Source: Leptolyngbyaceae cyanobacterium
GTDB taxonomy: Bacteria; Cyanobacteriota; Cyanobacteriia; Phormidesmidales; Phormidesmidaceae
DNA: 64,000 bases
Assembly (NCBI GenBank): GCA_965263355.1
Contig: CBDHHL010000032.1
Coordinates: 2,464,001 to 2,528,000 of the forward strand
Reading direction: 5' to 3'
Shown here one piece after another: positions 22,116-31,850 of this stretch. The notes under the pieces are model-generated. The model was not told where the DNA came from. It made no database searches and saw only the letters and a program-made list of their open reading frames with translations. The position numbers and the translations under genes are program-made. Each line of letters opens with the position of its first letter. The first letter of the stretch is position 1.

Positions 22116-23403
22116 AAAAGCTAAAATTCTGGCGGTCGATGATATTGCGGCTAACTTAGAAATCATTGTAGAAACGCTTTCCTCAGCAGGCTATAAGATT
22201 GCCACTGCTACAAGTGGAAAACGTGCGCTCAATCGATTAGAGAGCTTCCGTCCTGACTTGATTTTGTTAGATATTCAAATGCCAGAGATGAATGGCTTTG
22301 AAGTCTGCCAGCAGCTGAAAGTAAATCCAAAAACAGCTGAGATTCCAGTGATTTTTGTGACAGCGTTCTCTGATATGGAGAGTGTGTCTAAGGGGTTTTC
22401 TCTGGGCGCAGTTGACTACATTACTAAACCTTTTCGGGAGGCAGAACTTTTAGCTAGGGTCAATACCCATATACAGCTTAGACAGATTAATCAGGAGCTG
22501 GAGCAACGGGTGCAAGAACGAACCCATGAGCTAGAAAATATCTTAAGTCAATTAAGAAAGTCTCAGTTACAGCTTATTCAACAAGAGAAGATGTCAGCCC
22601 TCGGTAATTTAGTGGCGGGGGTAGCGCATGAAATCAACAATCCTATCAGCTGTGTTAGTGGCAATGTGCTTGAGCTAAAGAATAATTTAAGGGATATATT
22701 TTCTTATATTAACCTATGTCAAAAACAAACGTCTTCAAAAGAACAAGAAGACTGTGCCAATGAAATTGATTTGGAATTTCTCTTAGAGGATATTCCTAAG
22801 ATGATGATATCTGTGGAGAATGCCTGCGATCGCATCATGAACATCAGCAGGAGTCTGAGAACATTTTCACGAATTGATCAAGAAAACAAGACTCTTGCCG
22901 ATCTTCACGAAGGGTTAGATAGCACTCTACTGATTTTAAAACACCGATTAAAAGGCGACGATAACCATCCCCAGATTGACGTCATTAAAGACTATGGAGA
23001 TTTACCAGATGTTTATTGTTTTTCTGGTAAGCTCAACCAGGTATTTATGAATCTAATCACTAACGCTATTGATGCGCTAGAGGACAGTAATAAGGAAAAG
23101 ACTGACTCAGAAATACAAGACCGTCCTAGTCAGATTAAGCTCAAAACAACTTGCTTTGAGGATCACGTCAATATCCACATTAAAGACAATGGTATTGGTA
23201 TGCCTAAAGATATTCAAAAGCGGATTTTTGACCATCTTTACACCACCAAAGAGATCGGCAAAGGTACTGGGTTAGGATTGGCCATTGTCAAACAAATTAT
23301 TGTTGAGGTTCATGGCGGTAGCATTCAAGTTAAATCTGAAGTAGGCCAGGGTACAGAATTTATAGTGACTTTACCCATTGGTGACGCTACCCAAGCGCAA
23401 TGA
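22108..23403 (+). CDS. Response regulator-histidine kinase (REC-HisKA-HATPase)
   Basis: N-terminal REC (ILAVDD, LLDIQMP, YITKP), H-box VAHEINNP, NQVFMNLITNAIDA, GKGTGLGL. ATG 22108 overlaps the HK5 stop (ATGCCTGA). Confidence 0.93.
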   Translation: MPEKAKILAVDDIAANLEIIVETLSSAGYKIATATSGKRALNRLESFRPDLILLDIQMPEMNGFEVCQQLKVNPKTAEIPVIFVTAFSDMESVSKGFSLGAVDYITKPFREAELLARVNTHIQLRQINQELEQRVQERTHELENILSQLRKSQLQLIQQEKMSALGNLVAGVAHEINNPISCVSGNVLELKNNLRDIFSYINLCQKQTSSKEQEDCANEIDLEFLLEDIPKMMISVENACDRIMNISRSLRTFSRIDQENKTLADLHEGLDSTLLILKHRLKGDDNHPQIDVIKDYGDLPDVYCFSGKLNQVFMNLITNAIDALEDSNKEKTDSEIQDRPSQIKLKTTCFEDHVNIHIKDNGIGMPKDIQKRIFDHLYTTKEIGKGTGLGLAIVKQIIVEVHGGSIQVKSEVGQGTEFIVTLPIGDATQAQ

Positions 23404-23469
23404 GCTACGACAGCCTATCTCTATAAAATCTATACCAGGAAACCACAACCCTTGTTTTTATCCGCTTAC

Positions 23470-24426
23470 TTAACCCAATCCAAGGGTGCCGAGTAAAGCA
23501 TGAACGCTATGGCGGGTAACTGGCAAACTATCTACCACCATTGCGGCCGATAACAGCATCATGTAGAAGATGGAGTATTTGAATACACTTCGAGCCAGGT
23601 CGCGATCGTCAGGACACTGTTTCAAATCATAGGCTTTACGTAGAAACAAACCGCCCAGCAACAGAGCCAGCAATCCATACAGCCAACCACAGGCTTCTGG
23701 TGGGCACACCATAAATAACGTGACGGGGACCAAAAGAATGGTGTAAAGCCAAATCTGATTAGCGGTCTCTTCGTTACCGACGATAACCGGCAGCATTGGC
23801 ACGTTTACCTTGGCATAGTCATCCTTAATCAACATGGCCAGGGCCCAAAAGTGGGGAGGAGTCCACACAAATACAATGGCAAAGAAAATCCAGGCCGCCC
23901 AGCCCACATTACCAGTGACCGCCGCCCAGCCGACCATGGGGGGAATTGCCCCAGCGGCACCACCGATAACAATATTCTGGGGTGAAGAGCGCTTTAGCCA
24001 GTGGGTGTAGATACCGATATAAACAATAATGCCAGCCATGGCTAAACTGGCAGCCAACAGATTAGCAAATTCAGCTAACAGACTAAAAGAGGCCAATGCC
24101 AATATGGCTGCAAAAATTAGGGCGTCGCGTACCTGAATTCGTCCCGACGGGATAGGGCGATCACGAGTACGTTCCATATCATAGTCTATGTCACGATCAT
24201 AGACACAGTTAATCACCTGGGCAGATGCCGCCGCCAGCCAACCGCCGACCAGCGTTATCAGTACCAACAGCAAATCTGGATGACCTTGGGCAGCGACCCA
24301 CATACTGGCAGCTGTTTCAATCAGTAGCAGGGGAATGATGCGAGGCTTAGTAAGTTGATAATAACTGCGACAGACTTGACCAAAGCTCTCATGATGCACC
24401 TTAGGCGCAATGTTAGAGGGTTGCAT
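23470..24426 (-). CDS. ctaB: Protoheme IX farnesyltransferase (heme o synthase)
   Basis: [37 protein letters not shown]. Start placed at ATG 24426. Confidence 0.95.
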   Translation of the reverse strand: MQPSNIAPKVHHESFGQVCRSYYQLTKPRIIPLLLIETAASMWVAAQGHPDLLLVLITLVGGWLAAASAQVINCVYDRDIDYDMERTRDRPIPSGRIQVRDALIFAAILALASFSLLAEFANLLAASLAMAGIIVYIGIYTHWLKRSSPQNIVIGGAAGAIPPMVGWAAVTGNVGWAAWIFFAIVFVWTPPHFWALAMLIKDDYAKVNVPMLPVIVGNEETANQIWLYTILLVPVTLFMVCPPEACGWLYGLLALLLGGLFLRKAYDLKQCPDDRDLARSVFKYSIFYMMLLSAAMVVDSLPVTRHSVHALLGTLGLG

Positions 24427-24532
24427 AAAAAGGAATAAAAAATGTGAACGGGTGGAGAGACGTTTCATGGAACGTCTGTACAAGATTTCTGTACAGGGGA
24501 TCACATAGATTTAGACGTGGATATTGCAGTAT

Positions 24533-25474
24533 CTATGCGTTTATCGAGGATTTAAGCTGCTCTTCAGGTAGGGAACAATTACGTAGAGACAATGTAGTAA
24601 AGCAAACCAAGGTGCCCAATAAAGCAGCACCTACGGCTTGATGGCAGACAGTTAGGGGCTCGACCTGTAGATGCAAACGAAATGTAGCAAAGCCGAGAAT
24701 AAGTTGGACGATGAGTAGTCCGAAAGCAAGGTTTGCTTGGAATCTTAATCTGCCATCCAAACCCGAAGTGCGCCAGACTAAAATAGTCAATGCGACCACT
24801 GCCAAGCTAGCAGGAATTATGCCAAGCAGATGGGCATTGACAACACCACATAGTTCTGCGAAGCCAAAGCATTGATGAGCAGCCCAACGTGACCCCACCA
24901 AGCCACCTAGCAGGCTTTGAGCATAAATCAATACCACGGCTAAACTGCTTAGCCAGGGTAGTCTGTCAGCGGTTCCCTTAGCCTGATAGGGCAAAAGTGC
25001 TGTACCCATGGCCAATAGCGTACAAAACACTAACAGAGCTGTCCCTAAGTGGGCAGTGACAATATCAAACCGTAACAACTGCGTTACCGTAAGCCCCCCT
25101 AGGACACCTTGAAAAACAACTAAAAAAAGAACTAAACCAGCTGTCCAAGGTACCCAACTTGGTAAAGAACACCGCCACCGGATGGCCATTGTTACTAAAC
25201 CAATGGCCATCACTCCAATTAGTGAAGCATCCAGGCGATGAAACCATTCTAGAAATACCTGTAGATTCATTTGCTGACTGGGGATCACTTGCCCGTAGCA
25301 CAAGGGCCAATCTGGACAGGCTAATCCTGCATTCATGACACGAGTAGCGCTACCAATGGCCATCAATATCAGAGTAGCTAAAGCCATTTTCCACACCCAG
25401 CGTCGCAAATAACGCATGGGCTCAAAGCCAGTATTACTGCCAGTATGAAATGTGGACAATGAAGTATGAGCCAT
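24533..25474 (-). CDS. ctaA: Heme A synthase (COX15/CtaA)
   Basis: AGLACPDWPLC and EWFHR motifs, multiple TM segments; upstream of ctaB. Confidence 0.94.
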   Translation of the reverse strand: MAHTSLSTFHTGSNTGFEPMRYLRRWVWKMALATLILMAIGSATRVMNAGLACPDWPLCYGQVIPSQQMNLQVFLEWFHRLDASLIGVMAIGLVTMAIRWRCSLPSWVPWTAGLVLFLVVFQGVLGGLTVTQLLRFDIVTAHLGTALLVFCTLLAMGTALLPYQAKGTADRLPWLSSLAVVLIYAQSLLGGLVGSRWAAHQCFGFAELCGVVNAHLLGIIPASLAVVALTILVWRTSGLDGRLRFQANLAFGLLIVQLILGFATFRLHLQVEPLTVCHQAVGAALLGTLVCFTTLSLRNCSLPEEQLKSSINA

Positions 25475-25889
25475 AAACCTAAAAACTCTCTTAAGAAGCT
25501 GAAGCAGAGAATAAAGACACCCTCACCCAGGGTAGAAAATTTTTTTGCCTTCGATGAAATACATTTAGCATTTCTTTCCGTTTGAAGCGATTTATTGAAA
25601 TTCTCTTAAAATGATAACTCTAATTTTTATTTGGCAAAAAGCTAACAAAGGTTTATGAATCAAGGCTTTTGGCGCTATTGACATGCAAGCCAACGGCAAG
25701 AACCTGAAGAAAATCCTTAAATAACTCAAATCAGTGTTGTAAGGCCTGTCATTTACCAAGAGATAGCGCTACCTTGAGGGGGTTTAGAAAATCCTTTTTT
25801 ATTCCTTTATCGTAGTTCTATTGGTTTTTACCTTAACTCCCCTATGGATCAAGCAGGGCAATAATAAGCAGGACAAATAATTAAACAAC

Positions 25890-25907
25890 GTTACGTTCAG
25901 TTACAGA
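25890..25907 (+). promoter_or_regulatory. HLR1-like (RpaB) direct repeat in the ctaA/coxB divergent promoter region
   Basis: GTTACGTT-CA-GTTACAGA; each half differs at one position from (G/T)TTACA(T/A)(T/A), with a 2-nt spacer. Confidence 0.35.
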
Positions 25908-26116
25908 TTTATGAATTGATACAGCTTATTAATTGAGGCCAACAATTTAATTAGAGGTACCCTATCTTAGGTAGCTGGATTGTTCGGATTATTTGGGAAA
26001 ACGAAACTTCTTACTATTGAAAGAATAGGCGTTACTCCTGATTTATCCTTATCCGGTTAATCCTGGTCTCAATTCTGTTTTTATAGCGGACTATTCCACA
26101 GGAGAGTGTTCAAATC

Positions 26117-27118
26117 GTGAACGGTATTCCTACTTCTATTATCACCATGCTGATTGGCATTGCTATCACGCTGATCAGTCTTTGGTATGGTCAAAATCAT
26201 GGTTTGATGCCCATAGCCGCATCCACTGAAGCCGATGAAATCGATCAGCTCTTTGATGTCATGATGACCATTGGCACGGGGCTGTTTCTTCTGGTTGAAG
26301 GCACCCTGGTGATTGCGCTCATTCGATTTCGTCGTAAGAAAGGCGATGAGACTGACGGCCCTCACATTGAAGGCAATATTCCCCTAGAGATTGTTTGGAC
26401 GGCGATCCCAGCCATTATTGTTCTTGGTCTTTCAGTCTACAGCTTTGAGATCTACACTGAGATGGGTGGGCTTAACCTGATGGAGCACCATTCTTCTAAG
26501 GCCGCTGTTCAGCTGGCCTATGCGTCTTCTTCGGAAGACACGTCTAGCTATCCATTGCTGGCTGCATCTGGACTGGGTGAGCCCCCTGAGCTTGGGGAGC
26601 AACCTGCGGATGTAACTATTGATGTTTTAGCCATGCAGTATGCCTTTGTGATGACCTATCCCGAAACAGGGATTGTGGATGGTGTTGTCCATGTGCCTAT
26701 AGGTAAGTTGGTAAAACTCAACCTCAAGGCCCAAGATGTTATCCATGCTTTTTGGTTACCAGAGTTTCGCATTAAGCAGGACATGATTCCAGGTAAGGAG
26801 ACGTCGTTGGTGCTAAGAGCCACCCGCGAGGGCACATATTCGGTTGTCTGTGCTGAGTTATGTGGTCCTTTCCATGGGGGTATGCGTGCTCAAATGGAGG
26901 TGCATTCCCTTGAGGATTATGAAGCTTGGGAGCAGAGCCGTATTGCTGAAGGAGCTACGGATCTCTCAACAGCCATTGCGGCGGCTACTCGCAAAACTGA
27001 CGAAACCGATGCTGAGTACTTGGCTCACGTTGAAGCGCCTGGGCCTATGGACCCGGATCATTTAGAACATCTGGAGCATTTGGCCCATGCATCTATGGAC
27101 ATGGCATTAGTGCCTTGA
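26117..27118 (+). CDS. coxB: Cytochrome c oxidase subunit II (aa3 type)
   Basis: LEIVWTAIP, DVIHAFW and an intact CuA motif CAELCGPFHGGM. Confidence 0.96.
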   Translation: MNGIPTSIITMLIGIAITLISLWYGQNHGLMPIAASTEADEIDQLFDVMMTIGTGLFLLVEGTLVIALIRFRRKKGDETDGPHIEGNIPLEIVWTAIPAIIVLGLSVYSFEIYTEMGGLNLMEHHSSKAAVQLAYASSSEDTSSYPLLAASGLGEPPELGEQPADVTIDVLAMQYAFVMTYPETGIVDGVVHVPIGKLVKLNLKAQDVIHAFWLPEFRIKQDMIPGKETSLVLRATREGTYSVVCAELCGPFHGGMRAQMEVHSLEDYEAWEQSRIAEGATDLSTAIAAATRKTDETDAEYLAHVEAPGPMDPDHLEHLEHLAHASMDMALVP

Positions 27119-27169
27119 CGATGCAATTAAAATTTTCCTATTTTTTTCCCCTTTCCCCTTACGATTCAT

Positions 27170-28861
27170 ATGGCACAAGCAGAGGCTATAAAAACACCTA
27201 ATCCTTCACCGTCTCCTCAGCAACCATTGGGTAATGAGCGCAAGTGGACTCACTTTTTCACCTTTAGTACAGATCATAAGGTGATTGGTATCCAGTATAT
27301 GGTTACGGGATTTGTGTTCTACCTAATTGGTGGGGCACTGGCGACGGCTATGCGTACGGAATTGGCCACACCCAATCCCGACTTTATGCCCCCTGAAACC
27401 TACAATGGGGTGCTGACTCTCCACGGCACCATTATGCTGTTTCTGTGGATTGTGCCAGCGGGGGCAGGACTAGCTAACTATTTGATTCCACTGATGATTG
27501 GGGCCAAGGATATGGCCTTTCCAAGGATCAATGCGATCGCATTCTGGCTAATCCCTCCGTCTGGGATCATGCTGGTGGCCAGCTTCTTTTTTGAACCCCC
27601 CCAGGCCGGCTGGACCTCCTACCCACCGCTGAGTATTTCAACTGGCATGTTGGGCCAAGGCATTTGGATTTTGAGCATTCTGATTGGTGGTACTGCATCG
27701 ATTTTGGGTGCCCTTAACTTTCTGGTTACTATCTTGAAAATGCGGGTACCCAGCATGCCACTTCTCAAAATGCCATTGTTTTGCTGGGCGATGATTGCCA
27801 CCTCATTACTGATTTTGATCAGTACACCAGTGTTGGCCGGGGCGCTAATTCTTCTCATGTTTGACTTGGTGGCCGGGACTGCATTTTTTAACCCCACAGG
27901 GGGTGGTGATCCTGTTGTCTATCAGCACATGTTCTGGTTTTACTCCCACCCGGCGGTATACATCTTTGTTTTGCCATTGTTTGGGGCAATTTCTGATGTA
28001 TTACCGGTCCATGCTCGTAAGCCTATCTTTGGCTATCGCGCCATTGCTTACTCTAGTTTGGTAATCAGCTTCCTAGGGCTGATTGTTTGGGCCCACCACA
28101 TGTTTACCAGTGGAACCCCTCCCTGGTTGCGCATGTTCTTTATGATCACCACCATGGCCATTGCTGTGCCAACGGGCATTAAGGTCTTTGGTTGGGTAGC
28201 GACACTCTGGCGCGGCAAAATTGCTTACACCAGTGCCATGTTGTTTGCGATAGGCTTCATCGCCATCTTTGTAATCGGTGGTATTAGTGGTGTAATGCTA
28301 GCGGCAGTCCCCTTTGACATCCATGTTCACGACACCTACTTTGTGGTGGCCCATTTTCACTATGTACTGTTTGGGGCGTCCATCTTTGGGATCTATATGT
28401 CTATTTACCATTGGTTCCCTAAGATGACTGGTCGGATGTTGAATGAGTTTTGGGGCAAGGTGCATTTTGTGCTTACCTTTGTCGGCATGAACCTCACCTT
28501 TATGCCCATGCACCAGCTAGGTCTCCAGGGTATGAATCGTCGAGTTGCCCTTTACGATCCCCAGTTTACGGATCTGAATGTGGTAGCTACCATCGGTGCC
28601 TATCTGATGGCGGTATCCACTATACCCTTTATCATTAACGCTATCTGGAGTTGGCACTGGGGTGAAAAAGCACCCACAAATCCCTGGCGAGCGCTAACGT
28701 TGGAATGGCAAACATTATCACCTCCGGCCCACGAAAACTTTGAAGGGGTACCTGAGCTGAAGACTGGTCCCTATGATTATGGTCTAGGCTACATTCCGAT
28801 GAAAGACGATCATGAAATCTATGAAGAAGCAATTACTGCTGCGGCAGCCCATGCTCACTAG
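27170..28861 (+). CDS. coxA: Cytochrome c oxidase subunit I
   Basis: TDHKVIG, WFYSHPAVY, WAHHMF, VAHFHYV. Confidence 0.98.
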   Translation: MAQAEAIKTPNPSPSPQQPLGNERKWTHFFTFSTDHKVIGIQYMVTGFVFYLIGGALATAMRTELATPNPDFMPPETYNGVLTLHGTIMLFLWIVPAGAGLANYLIPLMIGAKDMAFPRINAIAFWLIPPSGIMLVASFFFEPPQAGWTSYPPLSISTGMLGQGIWILSILIGGTASILGALNFLVTILKMRVPSMPLLKMPLFCWAMIATSLLILISTPVLAGALILLMFDLVAGTAFFNPTGGGDPVVYQHMFWFYSHPAVYIFVLPLFGAISDVLPVHARKPIFGYRAIAYSSLVISFLGLIVWAHHMFTSGTPPWLRMFFMITTMAIAVPTGIKVFGWVATLWRGKIAYTSAMLFAIGFIAIFVIGGISGVMLAAVPFDIHVHDTYFVVAHFHYVLFGASIFGIYMSIYHWFPKMTGRMLNEFWGKVHFVLTFVGMNLTFMPMHQLGLQGMNRRVALYDPQFTDLNVVATIGAYLMAVSTIPFIINAIWSWHWGEKAPTNPWRALTLEWQTLSPPAHENFEGVPELKTGPYDYGLGYIPMKDDHEIYEEAITAAAAHAH

Positions 28862-28867
28862 TCGATC

Positions 28868-28898
28868 CCTCTTCTCTTGCTGAGAAGGGCTTCGGGGT
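28868..28898 (+). terminator. Stem-loop(s) between coxA and coxC
   Basis: CCCTTCTC-TTGCT-GAGAAGGG hairpin, followed by a GGGGTGGGT...ACCCACCCC inverted repeat. Could be a stabiliser or REP-like element rather than a terminator. Confidence 0.4.
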
Positions 28899-29013
28899 GG
28901 GTTGACCAATAGCGTTAGCGACCGAGACCCACCCCATTTTCGCTCCTCTCCCGAGAGGGAATGATATTAAAAAGATTTAGTTAAATAGACTCTTCTCTCT
29001 TTACTCTCCTCCT

Positions 29014-29628
29014 ATGCAAAGTTCAGCTATCAACCAAGTCGAAACGATTGCTGTTGCCCACAGCGAACATGGTCATGATGAACATCCTGATCTGCGGATG
29101 TTCGGTGTTCTGGTCTTTCTCTGTGCCGAGAGTATGATCTTTCTCGGGCTTTTTATTGCTTACTTGAGTTTTCGGCTAATGGCTCCGGCCTGGCCACCAG
29201 AGGGGACTGAGAGACTGGAACTATTATTGCCAGGGATCAACACTCTTATTTTGATTTCCAGCAGTTTTGTAATTCACAATGCGGATACGGCTATTAAGCA
29301 AGACGATGTCGGTGCCATGCGCAAGTGGTTTGCCATTACTGCCGTTATGGGAGCTATTTTCCTGGGTGGACAAATCTATGAGTACACCCATCTGGAGTTT
29401 GGTCTAACCAGCAACATTTTTGCTAGTACCTTCTACGTACTCACTGGCTTCCACGGGCTCCACGTGCTGTTTGGTTTGCTGATGATGCTAGCGGTGCTGT
29501 TTCGTTCCCGAAAGGCGGCCCATTATTCCCATGAGAATCATTTTGGGATTGAAGCCACTGAGCTTTACTGGCACTTTGTCGATGTGATCTGGATTATCTT
29601 GTTTGCCTTACTGTATCTGTGGCGCTAG
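29014..29628 (+). CDS. coxC: Cytochrome c oxidase subunit III
   Basis: FLCAESMIF, LTGFHGLHV, LYWHFVDVIW. Confidence 0.96.
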   Translation: MQSSAINQVETIAVAHSEHGHDEHPDLRMFGVLVFLCAESMIFLGLFIAYLSFRLMAPAWPPEGTERLELLLPGINTLILISSSFVIHNADTAIKQDDVGAMRKWFAITAVMGAIFLGGQIYEYTHLEFGLTSNIFASTFYVLTGFHGLHVLFGLLMMLAVLFRSRKAAHYSHENHFGIEATELYWHFVDVIWIILFALLYLWR

Positions 29629-29768
29629 ATGAGTCAGTGCCTACGGTTCTCTTTTTATCGGAACGTTTTCCCCCTGATATTGGTGGTGTTGACCTAGCAG
29701 TGGTCGGATAGCAGTAGCTTTAGCAAAATTAGACGTCAGGGTAATTGTGATTACCTGGAGTCGTTTTT

Positions 29769-29802
29769 ACCTCCGGGGGAGCTATATTCTCCGGAGGTTT
29801 TT
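29769..29802 (+). terminator. Rho-independent terminator after the cox operon
   Basis: ACCTCCGG...CCGGAGGT stem followed by a T-run. Confidence 0.65.
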
Positions 29803-29984
29803 GATTGGCGTCACGGTCTATCGACTGGGGCTATATCGCCACTGGGATAAGGCCTTAGTCTAATAACCTCTCGGTTATTAGACTGAAACTTTCTACCTAA
29901 TCACCCATATTGGGATCTTAGACAGAAATATTTCCACCTAATCGCAGTCAACGTGCTTTAAACAATAAAAGCTGTCACTAATAA

Positions 29985-30030
29985 CCCTTCGACGAGCTCA
30001 GGGCAAGCCCCCCAATCCCCCAATCCCCTA
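29985..30030 (+). repeat. Cyanobacterial interspersed repeat plus STRR-like heptamers
   Basis: CCCTTCGACGAGCTCAGGGCAAGCC followed by tandem CCCCAAT units. Confidence 0.55.
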
Positions 30031-30042
30031 CTCTCTATTCAC

Positions 30043-30310
30043 GTAAGCTTTCAGCGGGTCTAAGTTGTGAGAGGTCTCAAGAAGCCGAGTACCTGGTAGA
30101 GTAAGCCTATGAAAGATAAGGCTCTCCCATCGATACCCACAGTCAGCGAAGCGGACTGGGAAAAGACATCGTCCAGCGTTAAGACGTTGGTTCTGAGTCT
30201 AGTGACAAGAGTCGAGGAATTGGAGAACCAGTTCGAAGAACTGCGAGCAGAAAATGCTCAACTACGAGCAGAAAATGAATTGCTCAAAGAGAAGCTGCAG
30301 CGCAATAGTC
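30043..30310 (+). mobile_element. IS66-family left-end stub (IR plus transposase N-terminus), truncated by IS3
   Basis: GTAAGCTTTCAGCGG at 30043 resembles IS66 ends (GTAAGCG..). ORF 30109 reads ...SEADWEKT..SVKTLV..coiled coil..LKEKLQRNS and stops exactly at the IS3 end, where NSSxPPS would be expected. Confidence 0.7.
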
Positions 30311-31584
30311 TGAAGTGAACCCCTAATCTTGGACAGTAAAATTAGTTCACAGCAAGTCTAGACTGACATGTATCAATCTGAGACACTTCAGGTTTTCTTC
30401 CTCCACTTCGCTTCAAATTCACTCGGTGTCAAATAGCCCAAAGAAGAGTGAATTCTCTTCTTCATATACACCTCATCTAAAAACTCTTCTATTCTGTTAT
30501 ACACCTCATTAAAGTTGCGATAGTCCGATAAGTCAACCTCCTCTTCTTTAATTGTTCTCATCAGTCGTTCAGCAAAGCCATTCTCATAGGCTTTGCCGAC
30601 ACCCGCCATACTAATCGCTATCTCATTCTCCTCCAATAGATGAACATAAGCATTAGCAGCGTATTGCACCCCTTGGTCTGAATGGTGAATCTCGGGAATA
30701 TACTGGTTCAGTCCTTTCTCCAAGGCTGTTATCGTTAATTGTTTCTCCATTGTTCTATCCAAGTGCCAGCCTCGAATGCTGCGGGTAAATACATCCATTA
30801 AAACCGCTAAATAAACAAATTCATCCTTCAATCGAATATAGGTTATGTCGCCCACCCATGCCTGCTCTGGACGCTCTACGACCAACCCCTTGACCAGATT
30901 AGGATACCGCTTATAGCCATGCACACTATTCGTTGTTCGTTTCCGACCTACTCGTCGCTTGGCAAGAAGTCCTAATTCTCTCATTAATCGGCTGATACGT
31001 TTGTGATTAACCCGTCATCCCTCTCGTTGCAATTGTTTGGTAATCCGTCGGTAACCATAGGTAGGATAACGACCCCCCACATTGATGATCGCTTTTTTCA
31101 GTTCCTCCTCTTGTGTTTTGTTGTCTGATTTTGTCTGATAGTAATACCGACTGCGACTGTAACCAATCACATCACAGATGACCTGGATCGGATAGTCGGC
31201 TTTCAACTGCTCAATCATGACTCGTTTCCGCTCAGATTCCACAAGTCTGAAGCTTTTTTTGCCACCGCTAACTCCATCGTTAAGCGCCCCACCATTCGTT
31301 CCAATTCGGCTATTCGCTCGGCTGATGTATTGTCTCCTCCTTTGCCGCCAAACGCTAAGTGCGCTTGTTTAAGAAATTCATTACGCCAACGATTATCACT
31401 GACGTATGGACTTTATGAACTCGACTGGCTTCGCTCACACTCCGTTGACCGCTGACGATCTCCAGCACGACTTTTGCCTTAAATTCGCTACTGTAGTTTC
31501 TTGGTTTGCTGGCCATATTCTTTCCCCCTATTGGACTCTAGCTTACGCTCTCTCAGTCCTGTCCTAATTTTGGGGGTCACTACA
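30311..31584 (-). mobile_element. IS3-family insertion sequence (1274 bp), inactivated
   Basis: 26-bp imperfect TIRs TGAAGTGAACCCCTAATCTTGGACAG (30311) and CTGTCCTAATTTTGGGGGTCACTACA (31559-31584), with TG..CA ends. orfA from 31516, A7G slippery site at 31253-31260, DDE orfB. Confidence 0.93.
30388..31516 (-). pseudogene. IS3 transposase orfA/orfB pseudogene
   Basis: orfA (MASKPRNYSSEFKAKVVLE) has a 1-bp frameshift near 31394. orfB has an in-frame TGA at 31015-31017 (LQREG*RVNHKR). DDE motifs WVGDITY, HHSDQG.QY and ERLMRTIKEE are retained. Confidence 0.88.
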
Positions 31585-31850
31585 CCCTCTGTAGGCATAC
31601 TATTATATTGCGAACTCGCAGTCTATCCACCCAAATCGGCATACTATACTGAGAGCTATCCATATAGTACGTTCATATTAGAGAGACATGTGGACAGCTT
31701 CAGCATAGTTACCCTCTAAGACATCGTAGAAATTGATTTGTACCCGCGTGCTCAATCAAGATGCGTGGGACGTTCAGCCCATTGGATGCATAAGGTTAAG
31801 AATTCCGTTTAAGCTGGGTATTGAGTCCAATCTGCTTGTCTGCTTAAACC

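Noticed and set aside
26117..29628. Alternative respiratory terminal oxidase (ARTO)
   Set aside because: The CuA motif is intact and ctaA/ctaB are adjacent, so this is the ordinary aa3 oxidase.
29878..29943. Possible mini CRISPR array
   Set aside because: Only two imperfect repeats with a ~15-bp spacer and no cas genes.
31015..31017. TGA in IS3 orfB as programmed readthrough or recoding
   Set aside because: orfA also has a frameshift and TGA is a normal stop elsewhere in the window; simple decay explains it.
31501..31719. 72-aa plus-strand ORF
   Set aside because: Straddles the IS3 terminal repeat; no recognisable features.
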